DNA of 64,000 nucleotides, from positions 9,982,001 through 10,046,000 of the forward strand of contig CM022665.1 in the NCBI GenBank assembly GCA_012295275.1, read 5' to 3'. The notes under the pieces are model-generated. The model had not been told where the DNA came from. It made no database searches and was given only the letters and a program-made list of their open reading frames with translations. This DNA comes from Chrysomallon squamiferum (Eukaryota > Animalia > Mollusca). Shown piece after piece: positions 28,558 through 41,370 of this stretch. How positions within the stretch are numbered: position 1 is the stretch's first letter; each line of letters opens with the position of its first letter. The position numbers and the translations under genes are program-made.

Positions 28558-29396
28558 AAAAACATACATGTATTTGCTGTTTTGATTCCCTCACATCAAG
28601 AAAGCCAGAACATATATGTATTTACTGTTTAGTTTTCCAAGGAAGGAAGAAAGTATTTTATTAATTCTTCTGAACAGTTTGTTCCTTCTGAACGGAATAG
28701 CCTGAATACTTAAATGTTTGCAGCTTTGATGTCTCCAATCCAATTACCACATGAATGTGACCAGGCAAGAACATGTGTTTGTTCATTGATTAGCCAAAAG
28801 TTTCAAACTTCCTTGTGTCCGTTAAGAGAACATATAAATGATGGTATTGAGTAAAACAAAATGTTTACAGCAAGTAAGAATCATTGATCTCACTGTCAAT
28901 GGAAGTTGACAAAGAATAACACAGAACACAAAGCTCCAAGTCAAAATCAATTGAAGAAACATACATATTTAAGGTAAATTTTAATCCCTGTTAAAAAGTC
29001 TACACAACCCATTTCAAGGAAAATATGTTCACAAGTTGTTTTTAAAGACTCAGTTACCTTGAAAGTATTAAAACATTTATGAAAATAATAACAGCAAATG
29101 ATATCATAAAGTGGACAGTGTTTTCAGTTAGTTCTTTTAAAAATATGACATGTTTTTCATATTTTTCAATGACAAAATCAATACCCCCAAAAAAGTTAGT
29201 AATAGTTTATAACTTCAATATTATTTTAAATAATTAGTTTTCTTTGATTTAAACTTTCTTAGCAGGTTAATTGGACTGTTTCCTGTTCTAACCAGAGAGC
29301 TCCACAAATGAGATAATATGTGATATCTTATTTATGAGAAAGCTGCATGTAAAAAAAATATTTCTTTCTGAAGCAAAAAAATTATTAAAAATGTTT

Positions 29397-29450
29397 TATT
29401 TTCTATTTTCTATTTTATTTTCTATTTTCTATTTTCTATTTTCTATTTTC
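29397..29450. repeat. (TTTTCTA)n heptamer repeat
   Basis: ttttctattttctatttt... with about 7 copies. Confidence 0.85.
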
Positions 29451-29709
29451 AGTTTAATTCATATTAAAACCAGTTATTTCTGCTTAAAGTAATGTGAATT
29501 TTAAAAAACCATATCTGCTAACTGGTGAGATTAGCAAACAGCTGGCTATAGCAGCTTACCTCTCACAAATATCACCAATATTAAAAGAATAAAATTTATT
29601 CATTTATTATCTAGTTTTCTTTATTTGTTATTAACCCACTATTCAAAATATTCAGAGAAAACAACATTTTCGTAAGTTTTTCAGCAGCAAACAAATTAAA
29701 AGTTCTTCA

Positions 29710-30135
29710 TTGTTGAGGAGAGTACTTATCAACACAGCAGTTTGCATTTCAGTGTAAAAAGGAATCCAGTTGTGTACTTCTCAGTGTAAAAAAGAATTCG
29801 GGCAACTTTGCTAAAATTTGCTTGTCACTTGTAAACAGTTTAATTGTTACATCACCTCCACAGAGCAATCAGTCGATAATGATCATTCAACATCGTCTAC
29901 CACAATGTCTGGTGGGTGTGTGGACAATACAGCTGATACATGCAAAATGCTGTCAATGAAGGAAGTGAAACTTGACACTAGTGCATTATTGATCACCCAG
30001 ATTTTAACCATTTCCTTCCTTAATACAAGCAGGACAGTGCTGTTTTCTTAATTTCGCTATTGGTCACTTTCGACATACAAAAGAGAATCATGAAAATATT
30101 TGAAAAATTAAGGAATTTTCGTTTTACAATTTTTA
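29710..30135. mobile_element. Probable transposon-derived insertion (GC- and CpG-richer than flanks)
   Basis: Compositional contrast, several retained CpGs, and an internal short repeat (gtactt.tca...cagtgtaaaaa x2). I found no splice-compatible exon and could not identify termini. Confidence 0.35.
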
Positions 30136-30962
30136 TCAATAGTTGTAAATGTTTGACACTGGCTTAAAATGATCTTTGAACAAACAGAAAAAAACAGCGG
30201 CTATTTTATTTCTACCTGGAGATGAGTTTAGCTGTCAGATTCTGCACTTTGTGATTAGAATTTCAGCGTTTGATTATGGCTTAATGGAAAAATGATCACA
30301 ATACAAGTCTTAGAAGCAGACAATGAGGAGTGAGTGCAGAATGACAGAACAAAATGTTAAAACAATAGCAATGAAATAATTTGAAACATGTATAAGAAAT
30401 CACAAGACGCCCACAAAACTGATATGTTCTTCCTGTATGACTTTCCACTCATACTTATAACCACATTTTTATGAATGTTTGAAATGTCATTTCCTATAAA
30501 GTCTTTGATTTTAGTTTTAGTAGCTTTTTTGACTCTGAATGTCCTTTTTTATTCTGAACAGTTTTTCTTTCTTTTTTGTGGGTTGGGAGTATTTTTTATA
30601 TGTAGACATTGTTTTGTAATTAAAAACTCAAGTTAACTTTATTTATATTAAAAGTAACACATTTATTTTAAAGCTAATAAATATGATGTAAATAAATAAG
30701 CTATATGTCCTAAAGGTTTGAAATGAAAATATTTTTATCATTATTCTTAATGATGTTGTTATTACTGAAACTAGCTAAACATAATGTAGGTAATCTGTCT
30801 TTTTGCCTGAGGCCTGTGCTAAAGAATTAGGGTTGAATGATTTACTGTTAATTTAGCTTTCATTCATCTTCACATCCAACAAAAATGAACATTGTCCTTG
30901 AAATTTATTTTTATTTATTGTGTGTATGTGTGTGTGTGTGTGTTTATAAATATGCATGTGCA

Positions 30963-31001
<39 letters not shown>

Positions 31002-34000
31002 ATAAGATAGTTATCCAGTAAATACTTATCAAAAAAGTAATTCACTATCACAGTCCACCTTTGAGGCTAGGTTAAAACAATTTTTTTTTTAAACGGTTTT
31101 GTGTCCATTTTATTATCAGATCTTGTACCAGCATTTGGCTTTTGGGCAAATGGTGAAAACATTAATACATGATACGATACAGAAATAGCCATTCATCAGT
31201 TACTTTTATGACCATGTCTATTAAAAATGTTGAAAAAAAAAATTGTCTATTTTATTATTATTCTTTGTTCTTCAAAGATAAAAATAATCTTAACATAAAT
31301 ATTTTTCAAAAATATATACATTGCAAATAGAATTAATCAGTTCCCTTTAAGATTTTATCTACTGGAAATAAAAAATAATATATTGTCTTCTGATTTTGAT
31401 TTGTTGTTTGCTCTTCCAAAATAGAAAAGTAAAATTAATACAGAAAAAAATAACATTTTTATTTGTATGTAGCTATTGAATTAATAAAGATTATGAAAGT
31501 AGTTTTGAATGTAATTGTTTTTTTTTTGTCACTATGAGTATATATTCATACACATGCAAAGAAATCCTATTTAATATCAGAATTCTTTTTTCAAATTATA
31601 TATCTCAGCTGAGTTAAGTTTTTATTGTATGCCTGATGTGTATGTTTTATTATCTGGTGCCAATGTAAATATGAAATCTTTGCCCCCTTTCGAATCTGTT
31701 CAGCTCCAGTCTTAATGTGGCTAGTGTTTGCTAACAGTTTGTACATTCAACACTGTCTTGAGCCACAGAGTACAAGTGTACAGGACCAACACCAATAACC
31801 TTTGATGTCTCTCTAAAGGTGTGAATCTGCAGAAAAACACACGTTTTTGTTTTTATTGATCAAACCCGCCCTGCTTGGAATTATTCTAGAATTGTATCAG
31901 CAGTGCCAAACCTCAGAACTAACTAATTTGCACAGTCATTCCACACTTGTGATAACGTGATTGGGAAAACAAATAGTAATCTTTTTAATTTACACAGTGC
32001 AAAGTTAACCGTTTGAAGATGTCTCTGTGTTCACATATACAGGCAACTTCAGCCAGACACTAATCACTGCAATGAGTTAACTTGCCAGCCCTGCTAAGAA
32101 TCATATCAACCATGGAGATTTGAATGGATACTTTGTTGCATGTGAAAACATTTCAATACCACCTTGTTTGTATAATGAATAGGTGTATGAAGAAGACAGG
32201 AAGAAAAAAAAACTGACCAAAGGATGAAAGAAAGGACAGAATCCACAAAGGAAATAAAAAGTGACTGAAGGATGAATCAATCACATACAAAATAATTGTA
32301 GCATGCAAAAAGTCAAAAAGACTTATTGATACACATATGAATAATACGCACATACAAAGTATGCACTAATACAAATACACCGACTGATTAATTGCAGGCA
32401 GCAGAAAGACAGAAAAAAAGCAAAAAAACACATTAATTATAATCAACAGGTAAGATTAGATATTATGTGGATAAATAATACATAGACCTCATATGTTGAA
32501 TGTGTTTTGTTTGTATGCATATGTGTGTGAAAACAAACATATTATTTTGTTAGCAGTTTATATCATAAATCAGATGACCCCCCCCCATATATTTCCATAT
32601 AGCTCTGGACAATCATAATAGAACAATTACCATGAATAAAGAAAATGATGAAGAAATTTAGCACAGCCTTCTTAAATCTCACTTAATTCAAAGTCATAGG
32701 TCAATCTATCATTTATTAATATTTTATTTATGTTGCAGTTTACAATAAATATCAATCTCCTACCTACTCTTTGAAGTCTCTATAACAATTTATTAATAGC
32801 TTGCTTTTATGAGCTTTGATTTTCTACTGTTAGTTCTTATAGGTTCTGAAAGTGCCATTGTTTGAAACAATGAAGGCTAATCATTTTTTAATTTGTTTTT
32901 CTGAAAGACAAATAAAATTAATTTTAAACATTACTGAAATAGCAAGAGGTGAAACCAAAAATCAAGTTCAGAATCAGATGAAGATTTTCAAAACACACCC
33001 ATATCTGTACACATGATTTAAGGATGAAAACAACAGGATTAAAGTTGTAGTGTGAAGATTTACATAACAGTGTGAAAATTATGCTGAATGTGTAAAGATA
33101 TTAATAATATCAAACACCAACACAAACACACCCTAAAGAAAAAAAATATTTAAAGATAGTTTTATGAAACTCACCCTTCTTTTCATGTGAATATTACAGC
33201 AAACAACACCATTGGAATTTATAGAAAAGATTATGAAATTTAAATATAAATATGAAAATTAAGTTCTAAAGTCAAACGATATCATGCGATTTGTAACTTT
33301 AGCCTGTTTGAATCAGTATGTTGCCACCCACTTCATTATTTGTTAGATTAAAAATCTAAATTTGAGATAGCATTGTAAATAGCTTTTCTTTTTCTTATTC
33401 TGCTTTATTTATTTATATTTTTTTTTATCATTATTATTACTTTTATATAGATATATATATATTTTTTTGCTTTCTTAAAAACAATAAACCAAGAAATAAG
33501 TATGATTTCTAGTTAGTGTTTCTTATCAGAAAAATCAGTTCACTGTTTTTTTTTAATTAAATCAATGCTGTAACTTATTAAATATCCCTCATTTTTTAAT
33601 TTATTATTTAATATTTATTTATTTATTTATTATTATTAGTAGTAGTAGTAGTAGTAGCAGTATGTTAATAAAACAGTTTGATATTAATTTCAAAGGGAAA
33701 ATGTACATTTTTATTAGTGTAAAGTATATATTATTTTATTGATAGATAGATAGATAGGTAGACAGATATTTACTTTTAACAAATTTAATTTCTTTTTTCT
33801 AATTTAAATTAAAAAATTATTTTCTTGCTTGAAATATTTATTCAGATATGTTTTTTATATATAAATTATAGTAATCATCATTGATTTTATTTTTTATTAT
33901 TATTATTTTTTAATATATATATATTTTTCTGTTTTTTTCAAGATATCATTTTTTTAATTATTATTTTTTAATATATATAAATGTGTTATGCTTTATAAAA

Positions 34001-34537
34001 ATATCAGTTATAATACTATCCAAACTAATTACTTACCAGTATATTTCTGTTATATCAAAGATGTAAAGCCAAAAACAAGTGAAAAAAGATGTTAATTTTT
34101 TTTTTTTAAATATAATTATAATAAATTAAAATGCAATGATGAGAAATAAAGTAATATAAAATTATATTTTTTAATTTTGCAAAAGAAATGCAAATCAAAG
34201 TATTAGTTATATAGGCAGATAAAAGTAAAATAGATTATAAAAAAATAAAATACAATAAAAAATATAATAATAATAATTATTATTATTATTATAATAATAA
34301 ACTGCTTTATAGTTTGTTTTAACCATTTCAATTCATTACCATGTACATTTTGGTGATTTTTGAAAGTATATATAAAAAATTATTAAAAATAAAAATAATA
34401 AAATCTAACTAAAGATGATTAATTTCTTCAAATCTCTTAATTTTTATTACTCCTAATTTTCAACATATATAAAGCATACAATAATTTTTTTTTCTGTGAT
34501 TTGTTACTTATAACAACAATAATAAAAGATACAATAC

Positions 34538-34663
34538 CTGAAAGCAATCATTTAAACTAAATTTTTTCCCCAATTCATTACTTCCACCAAATACTGATGA
34601 AGAATATGCAGAATGCAATAAATCCTTAAAATGTCTCTTCCGAGGTACATATAATGTTCGCAT
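34538..34663 (-). CDS. Putative alternative first coding exon: MRTLYVPRKRHFKDLLHSAYSSSVFGGSNELGKKFSLNDCFQ
   Basis: ATG (AAAATG) plus 42 codons to a phase-0 donor CAG/gtattg. It lies within supplied ORF 34508..34690, with a GC-richer stretch upstream (34730-34850). Confidence 0.5.
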
Positions 34664-35167
34664 TTTGAAACAAAATGCATGTGATTTCAAGAAGAAGATT
34701 TAAACGTTAGAAAACCTCTCCACTAAGACATCACATCTCAGCTCAATGAGGAACACTGCAGTACAAACAGTGCGAGATGGAAGCTGTCCTCAGTAGACCA
34801 CCAAGACAGGACTTTTCACCTTTCACCTCTGACCTAACAGGAAAAGTCCCAACCAAAACTTAAAGCACTTTTAATAAAATTAACAGATTGAATATATTAG
34901 CATCATAATTATAACCTTCTATATTTTTTTACTTTCTCATTTAGACTTTTAAAAAATGTTGAAAATGCAATTTTAACAAGTTAAAAGATGAACCATTGTG
35001 TTTCTTGTAAATGAAAATTTGAAGTTGTATTATTTGCATGTGCTGTTGCCAATATTCCACAGACAGGTCACATGTTCAAATATTATCTTGAGCAACATAA
35101 CAGAAACCTATCTTCAGTTGTATATGGAAGATCACATTTTATTTGATGTAGACTTCTAACATCTAAC

Positions 35168-35244
35168 ATTCCTTAATAACTTTGGACTTGCACCAGTGGC
35201 TCTGTTTCCATCCAAGATATCATTTGTTGACAATTTATTATTGT
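35168..35244 (-). CDS. Possible module exon 4: (D)NNKLSTNDILDGNRATGASPKLLRN
   Basis: 77 nt, phase 1-0, which would return the module to the phase-0 acceptors of the main gene. The pyrimidine tract is good, but the AAG acceptor is uncommon and the donor gttaga is moderate. Confidence 0.45.
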
Positions 35245-35906
35245 CTTAGAAATAAAAGAAATTTAAATATGTAATTATTAAAGTTTTTGGCAAGAATGTG
35301 GCAAGAAAAAAAATGGTTGTTGTTTTTCTGGTTTTATTCTAATTTCTTTTTGGAGAAAATCTAGATTATAAGAAAGTTTTTAATTCATAGGAGTGGTTTC
35401 CTTTATCAGGTTCTTCCACTTTTTTCTAAAAAAGCTTCTCATACATTTTCTTTTTGTCTGAGAGTTCCTTTAAAGATCATGCAATAGCAGCAAAGCATCA
35501 ATTGATTTTCTTACATAAAAGAAACTGAATTTACTTCACACTACAGAAGTTCAAAATATAATCTCAATAAACATTATACAAATTCTACAGTTAAAATAAA
35601 ACAGACCTGTCCAATAATGTAACAATACATTTTTTCTTACCTTTCTACTGATTACTTAATCTGTTATTCTGTAATCAATTGGTTAATGTGTTCAGACATA
35701 TGCCTATCAAACTGACAAACAGAAGAACACACTGGACACACCTATGTATGGAAATAGCCTCAAACATAGTTCTGATCACATCTGTCAGTATATAACATAA
35801 AATCATGTATTTTTTTCTCTACCTGTCCTCAAGGCAAGGTGTGAAAGTTATTTTAATTTTTAACTGTTTTTGTTCTTTGTTTAACAGATATTAAAACAAA
35901 TTATTA

Positions 35907-36018
35907 TACAGAATAACATGGGTTGTAACAGTACAAAACAAAACATCTGAATTTTATCAAATTACAGAATAACATGGGTTGTAACAGTACAAAACAAAAC
36001 ATCTGAATTTTATCAAAT
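35907..36018. repeat. Perfect tandem duplication, 56-bp unit x2
   Basis: tacagaataacatgggttgtaacagtacaaaacaaaacatctgaattttatcaaat starts at 35907 and 35963. Confidence 0.92.
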
Positions 36019-36795
36019 TTCCGTTTACATTATCTACCATTATTTTTAATAAATGGTATCATTAAGGAAAAAAATAACAGTGTGAAAAATTAAACATAGG
36101 CAGCCATTAATCATGATGCATACAAAAACACTTGATGACAAATAACAACTGTTTAGGTGTTTTAAAAAAATAATAAAAAATGCCTGTGAAAAATCAGTCT
36201 GTCACATAAGAATGACATTCCTGTTAAAATACAGTATAATAAACAATTTAAACATATTTTATGTTTTAAAAATATTTATACAAAACACAAAAAATAGTTG
36301 TGGTCTTGATATGTTATTTAGGTGTGAGTTATGATGACTTGAATGATCTCAGTTAATGAACAGTACAAACAAAATAAATTCCATCATAAAATGTGAAGAA
36401 TCTCTCTAAGACCATAACCAAAACATCTGAATTAAAAACAAAGAAATTATAATAGTTCATTTCTAGCTACTTTAAACTATTTGTCAACAGACTCCAGCTA
36501 ACTCAAGATTTTTGTTTAGAGTATATTACCCTACTTTGGTACAGAAGTTAGTACTTGTAGTAAAAGATGAAAGCAATATATACATACTATTCATATCATC
36601 AACATAAACAAATAACAAACCTAGTGAGCTGGGAAATGAAGTAAAGGTATCAAGTATTTATAAATACACAGACTATACTAGTAATAGAATTAAAAACATC
36701 TAGTGTTTATAAACAAATAACAGAATACAGTAGTATCAGAATTAAAGGTGTGGTTGGGTTTTTTAAAAATACCTTACAATAGAATGCTGATTTAC

Positions 36796-36851
36796 CATGG
36801 AATGTATATTGTATCTTTTCATCTTGCCTACCCTTGTATGATAACATTAAC
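36796..36851 (-). CDS. Module exon 3: (K)LMLSYKGRQDEKIQYTFH
   Basis: 56 nt, phase 2-1, acceptor T10-cacaaatag and donor G/gtaaat, open frame. Confidence 0.65.
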
Positions 36852-37103
36852 CTATTTGTGAAAAAAAAAACTAGCTGAAAAAGTAATTATTTACCTTAGC
36901 TGGAAATTAAAAAAGGTGCAGTACAGCTGTGAACTTATATGACAGTTTTATGATTTCCTAAGATAACACTTTTTCAACGTGATAAAAATTTAAAACATTT
37001 TTTTCCCCTACAACTGACCTTAATTCTATTTAGGCAAATAATAATATAGTAAATTATCAATAACACAATATAAAAAAGAAAAAAAGCCCTCTTTTATACC
37101 TAC

Positions 37104-37194
37104 TTTCCTGTTCCTTCTACAGCCCCAGTGGGAAAAGTTGTACCTTTTTGAGTTTCAGACTTTAACTTCCATTCATATATAAAAGTTTGGAATT
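37104..37194 (-). CDS. Module exon 2: (E)FQTFIYEWKLKSETQKGTTFPTGAVEGTG(K)
   Basis: 91 nt, phase 1-2, acceptor cttatttcag and donor gtaggt, open frame. Confidence 0.7.
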
Positions 37195-37417
37195 CTGAAA
37201 TAAGGCAGTCTATAAAATTATTCACAAAATTTTGTTATTTCCCACAGAAAAATAATGAATGAACCCCAGAACTATTTTATTTTGTATCTACAGTTTTGTC
37301 ACGCAGTGAAAATTATTTTCTTTTCAATTTACACAACTTAAACAGAGCAGAACAAGAGGACCCAGAAACTCTTTTGTTGAAAACACAAATTAAAGATGGT
37401 AGTGCAACAGGAGTTAC

Positions 37418-37496
37418 CCCACTTGAATGGCTTCTGGCCTGTCTTTAGGATTTCTTCTGTGTGTAGGACCTTTGTGGCCGCAACTTCTAAAGTCAT
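37418..37496 (-). CDS. Putative alternative-start module exon 1: MTLEVAATKVLHTEEILKTGQKPFKW
   Basis: ATG in AAAATGA context, 79 nt to donor G/gtaact, phase 1, matching the next exon. Confidence 0.68.
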
Positions 37497-40400
37497 TTTA
37501 AGGTTCACTTGTCAAGTACAAAATATGTCAGTTTATATAAAAGTGAAAAACAGATAACTTACTACACCAACAAAAATCAATGGAGTTTTCACTTTGTAAA
37601 ATATTTTGACAAAATATAAAATCAGAAGGATTGTTAGAATTAGAGCTGATAAAAAATTTCAATTTATATTTGATAACTGAATTATAATAAGAAATTAAAT
37701 CATCATGTACAAACAATTGATTATAATAAGAAAATCAAAAAAATTTAGTAACATATAAATCTGTAGTATGATTTATGCAAAGCTACATAATAAAATTGAA
37801 AAAAAAAATGTAAGTCATAAATAATGTGGAAAAGAAAGGCCAACAAACAGGAAAAGTTTTGTCTAAGGATATATTTACATGCAAACATTACATCTTGAAA
37901 TACATTAATAACTATAGTTGTTAGACTCGGAAACTGAATAACACTGAAGTTGTTAGTAATGTGACAACAGGCATTTTAAACAAAATGTGGATAGGAGAAG
38001 CATACAGGAAAAAAAAATATATGTGGCTGAATAAAATATTAATGTGATAACAGGTATGCTTACACAAACAAAACCTTTTACAGAACTGACATTATGAATT
38101 GACAGAATATCATAATGCTTGACCCATTCCAAACAAAGTGACATTGTTGTTGTTTTTTTTTCCTTCTTTTTCAATACCCCCTCCCCAGCTTTTTAAAGAC
38201 ATTTTTGAACTATGAGTGATGATAAAAGTATTTTCCCAGCATGTGGTTGAGTCAGCACTGTTAATAAATGCTATCTGGATCTCAGTTTAATGAATGAATG
38301 AATGGAAAACCTGCATGACAAGTTGGATTCTAATGTTTCATTATCATATTGGCTGACAGACAACAAGGGAAATAAACTACTCTGTATCGATAAATGGTTG
38401 GTCAGTTATGACGGACCGGTCAGTGTTGTGCCATCACCATGCCTGTGCCTGGAGGGACGGCATCTCTGTTTGTGACACTAATCTATGAACAATAGATGAA
38501 ATAAATGTGATGATAATACATGTATTAGTTTGTCTCATGGAGGTGTAAGATATTTAGCTGGGAGTGACCTGTCTAGGATATACGAACATAACAACAAATA
38601 CTTAAAGATTAAAAAAATGCATTCATTAAACCTATTAGAATACATTAAGGAATTAAATGCTTTTTAATTCATTTTTCCTTCTATTAAGTGGATAGTAAAA
38701 AGCAATGCAAAACATTTAGAATATTAATAAACAGACAATAAAAATGCATGACATCCATACCAGTCTCTGACATATTAATAAATGGAAAAATTTACTACAA
38801 CATTTATACCCCATTTTAGAGTACTAATAATTGAACCATTAAAGTAACTAATCAATAATTTAATTAAAAGTTCAGTGAGAAAAACAGCCAGATACAAAAA
38901 GTTTAGGGATATTTTTTGAAGTACACTGAAAAGTGATGAAAATATTTATAAGCTGATCTATCACTGTTATTAATAGATGAAATAACTGCTAAAACTACTA
39001 ATAAAAAATGTACAGTAGTCAAAGTAACACTAGTAAAACATAACAGATAAATATGAAATGTTCGGTACAGTTTGCTTTGTACATGTTCTATCAATTTTAA
39101 ACGAACAGCAATATACATTTTTTATTCTTGAGATAGCTATCATTTCTCAAGATTCAGATGATAATGCTGAATGTAAATATACAGGTTAGTGTTGAAAACA
39201 CTTCAGTGGTGACGAAGTACAAATTAATAAGAATCTGTACATCTGCATTAATGGGGGGTTTTTCATAAAAGAATAAATGAATGAAGAAAAAAAGAACAAA
39301 TGAACAACTGTCTAAAGGCATTTCAAAACAGTGAATAATAATTCCTATTAGTTATCAAGCACATACTTATTTTTTAATTATGCTACAAGAAAATTGCTGC
39401 CACTGTAGAATTAACCATTCTTTCCATTTAGCTACAAGCAATATTTTATACAAATTTTTTCAAAGATGAATAAGCACATAATAACATGATTTTTCAAAAA
39501 CAAGTAATTAGGCACTGATTTCACTGCAGTTAGATATTATGTTTGATAAGTATGTTAATTTATATAGAAGAAACTAAGTATAAAACATGGCTAAAATTTT
39601 CTTGACATTTCAACATTTTTGACATCCTTGTGTATCAGAAAATTTAAAAAAAAAAAATGTATTTAACAACAGCCTAAAATATACTCTTATGTAGAATCAT
39701 GTAACTATAAGGCATTAGTTGGATGGAGAGTTGTGACAGAATATGCCATTTCACACACCAAGTGTTGATAATAGATAACAAATTATCAATATATGATCAA
39801 CAACACAAGATCATGCCTAAGGCAGAATCCCTGCAAAATTTCTCAAAATTCTATTAGCATTAGTCTATGTATAAAGTTAAGATAATAAAGGGATTCTCTA
39901 TTACAAATTATGACATTAGAAGACATTTGTTTACTGAATTTTTTTGTTATAAATGTCCTATACTGTACTAACTAGGATAATTATTTTCAGAAATCATTGT
40001 AAATATTTACTATTTATGAAATTTTTATTTGCTAGATTTTAATAGTATTTGGCTAAGGTTTTCACATAATAACAGTAATAATGATCAGAACAAGAAGATG
40101 ACAAATATCTGTATTTAAACATATAGACATAAATATAAGTAGATATACAAAAAATATATATAATGTATCTAAATGTAGGCCAGATGTCTGTAAAGTTTGT
40201 AATTTAGCTGAGTTTTACACTAGATCTGAAATCAGTTTAATCAAATTGTCAAATGTGACAGCTACAACAGTTGTAAATACTCGTACCACAGTGAAACTAT
40301 CTCGCACAATACCAGGTCACTGCCCTCTACCTTTACTTTCTGTTACAAAGAAAACCAAATTACTGTCACTGATAGCTCAAATTACCTCTGCAACCATACA

Positions 40401-40721
40401 TAGATAAGAGGGTGGAAAAATAATAGTAATAAACCCTTCATTTTTCATTCACTTGTCTTCACCAATAAAACTGATAGTGTTCATTTATTTATTTTTCTAT
40501 GTTGCTGTTTTCAGGTGTTTTCTCACTTTTTTGTTTGCTTTTTCTTCATTTTTATTTTTCAAAAATGGTTTTATTGTTTCAGGGAGGATGTCCATTTTTA
40601 ACAGTATTAAATAAAATTCCTATTAATTTTTGTAAGTATTATTTATTTATTTACTTTTTTTGTCATAATATTTTCAGGATTTTACATAACTGGTGAAATC
40701 ATAACAGGGGAAAAAATCTCC

Positions 40722-40760
40722 TCTTACCTGAAAACCAAAATATATAAAAATAAAACCACC
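40722..40760 (-). other. Candidate recursive splice site (3'ss directly abutting 5'ss, junction 40728/40727)
   Basis: Minus strand reads ggttttatttttatatattttggttttcag|gtaagag. Confidence 0.5.
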
Positions 40761-41314
40761 AATTAATATACAAAGATAAGAAGATTGGTCACATATATTT
40801 ATTTAGGAAAGCTGCTTCCTCAGTGAAATAAATTAATTATGTTAAAGGATCTCTGACCTCAAACAGAATACTATAGATTCTCAAAATAAAAAATAGCAAA
40901 AGCAAAATCTTAATTATTGTTTTTTGGTAACTTAACCTAGTCAACTTCCTAAATAATTGAACTGAAAAATTAGTAGCTAGGATGATATTTCAGCCACCCA
41001 CAAAGAGTAGATAAGGCTGAGAAACACATACAAAAGTTTGCTACGGTTATCATGTTGAAATTGAATATAAAAAAAAAAAAATTAAATGACCAAAATAACC
41101 AAATAATCTGTTGCAATATTCAATAATGATTTTCTTTTTCACTTTAAAACTGGAAATAAAAAGTGTTATTTTCTCCATTAACATATATAAAGATAATACT
41201 GTTCTGCACTTTTTGTAATTCTATATCTGTATGGATATTTATATATCTAAGTCAGAGATACTTTAAACCTTTCACTTGTCAGTTATTATTATGTAGAACA
41301 AAAATTTAAATTTA

Positions 41315-41317
<3 letters not shown>

Positions 41318-41365
<48 letters not shown>
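41318..41365. repeat. (CA)n microsatellite
   Basis: Direct reading. Other (CA)/(TG) tracts occur near 20360, 24605, 26690, 30920 and 59076. Confidence 0.95.

Positions 41366-41370
<5 letters not shown>

Noticed and set aside
33175-33230. Strong minus-strand donor AGG/gtgagt preceded by ATG AAA AGA AGG (MKRR, phase 0)
   Set aside because: It is too short to separate from chance without transcript data, though it could be another start exon.
36895-36899. 5-nt microexon CTAAG between a good acceptor and gtaaat
   Set aside because: Inclusion gives an immediate stop, and the downstream intron would be only 43 nt.
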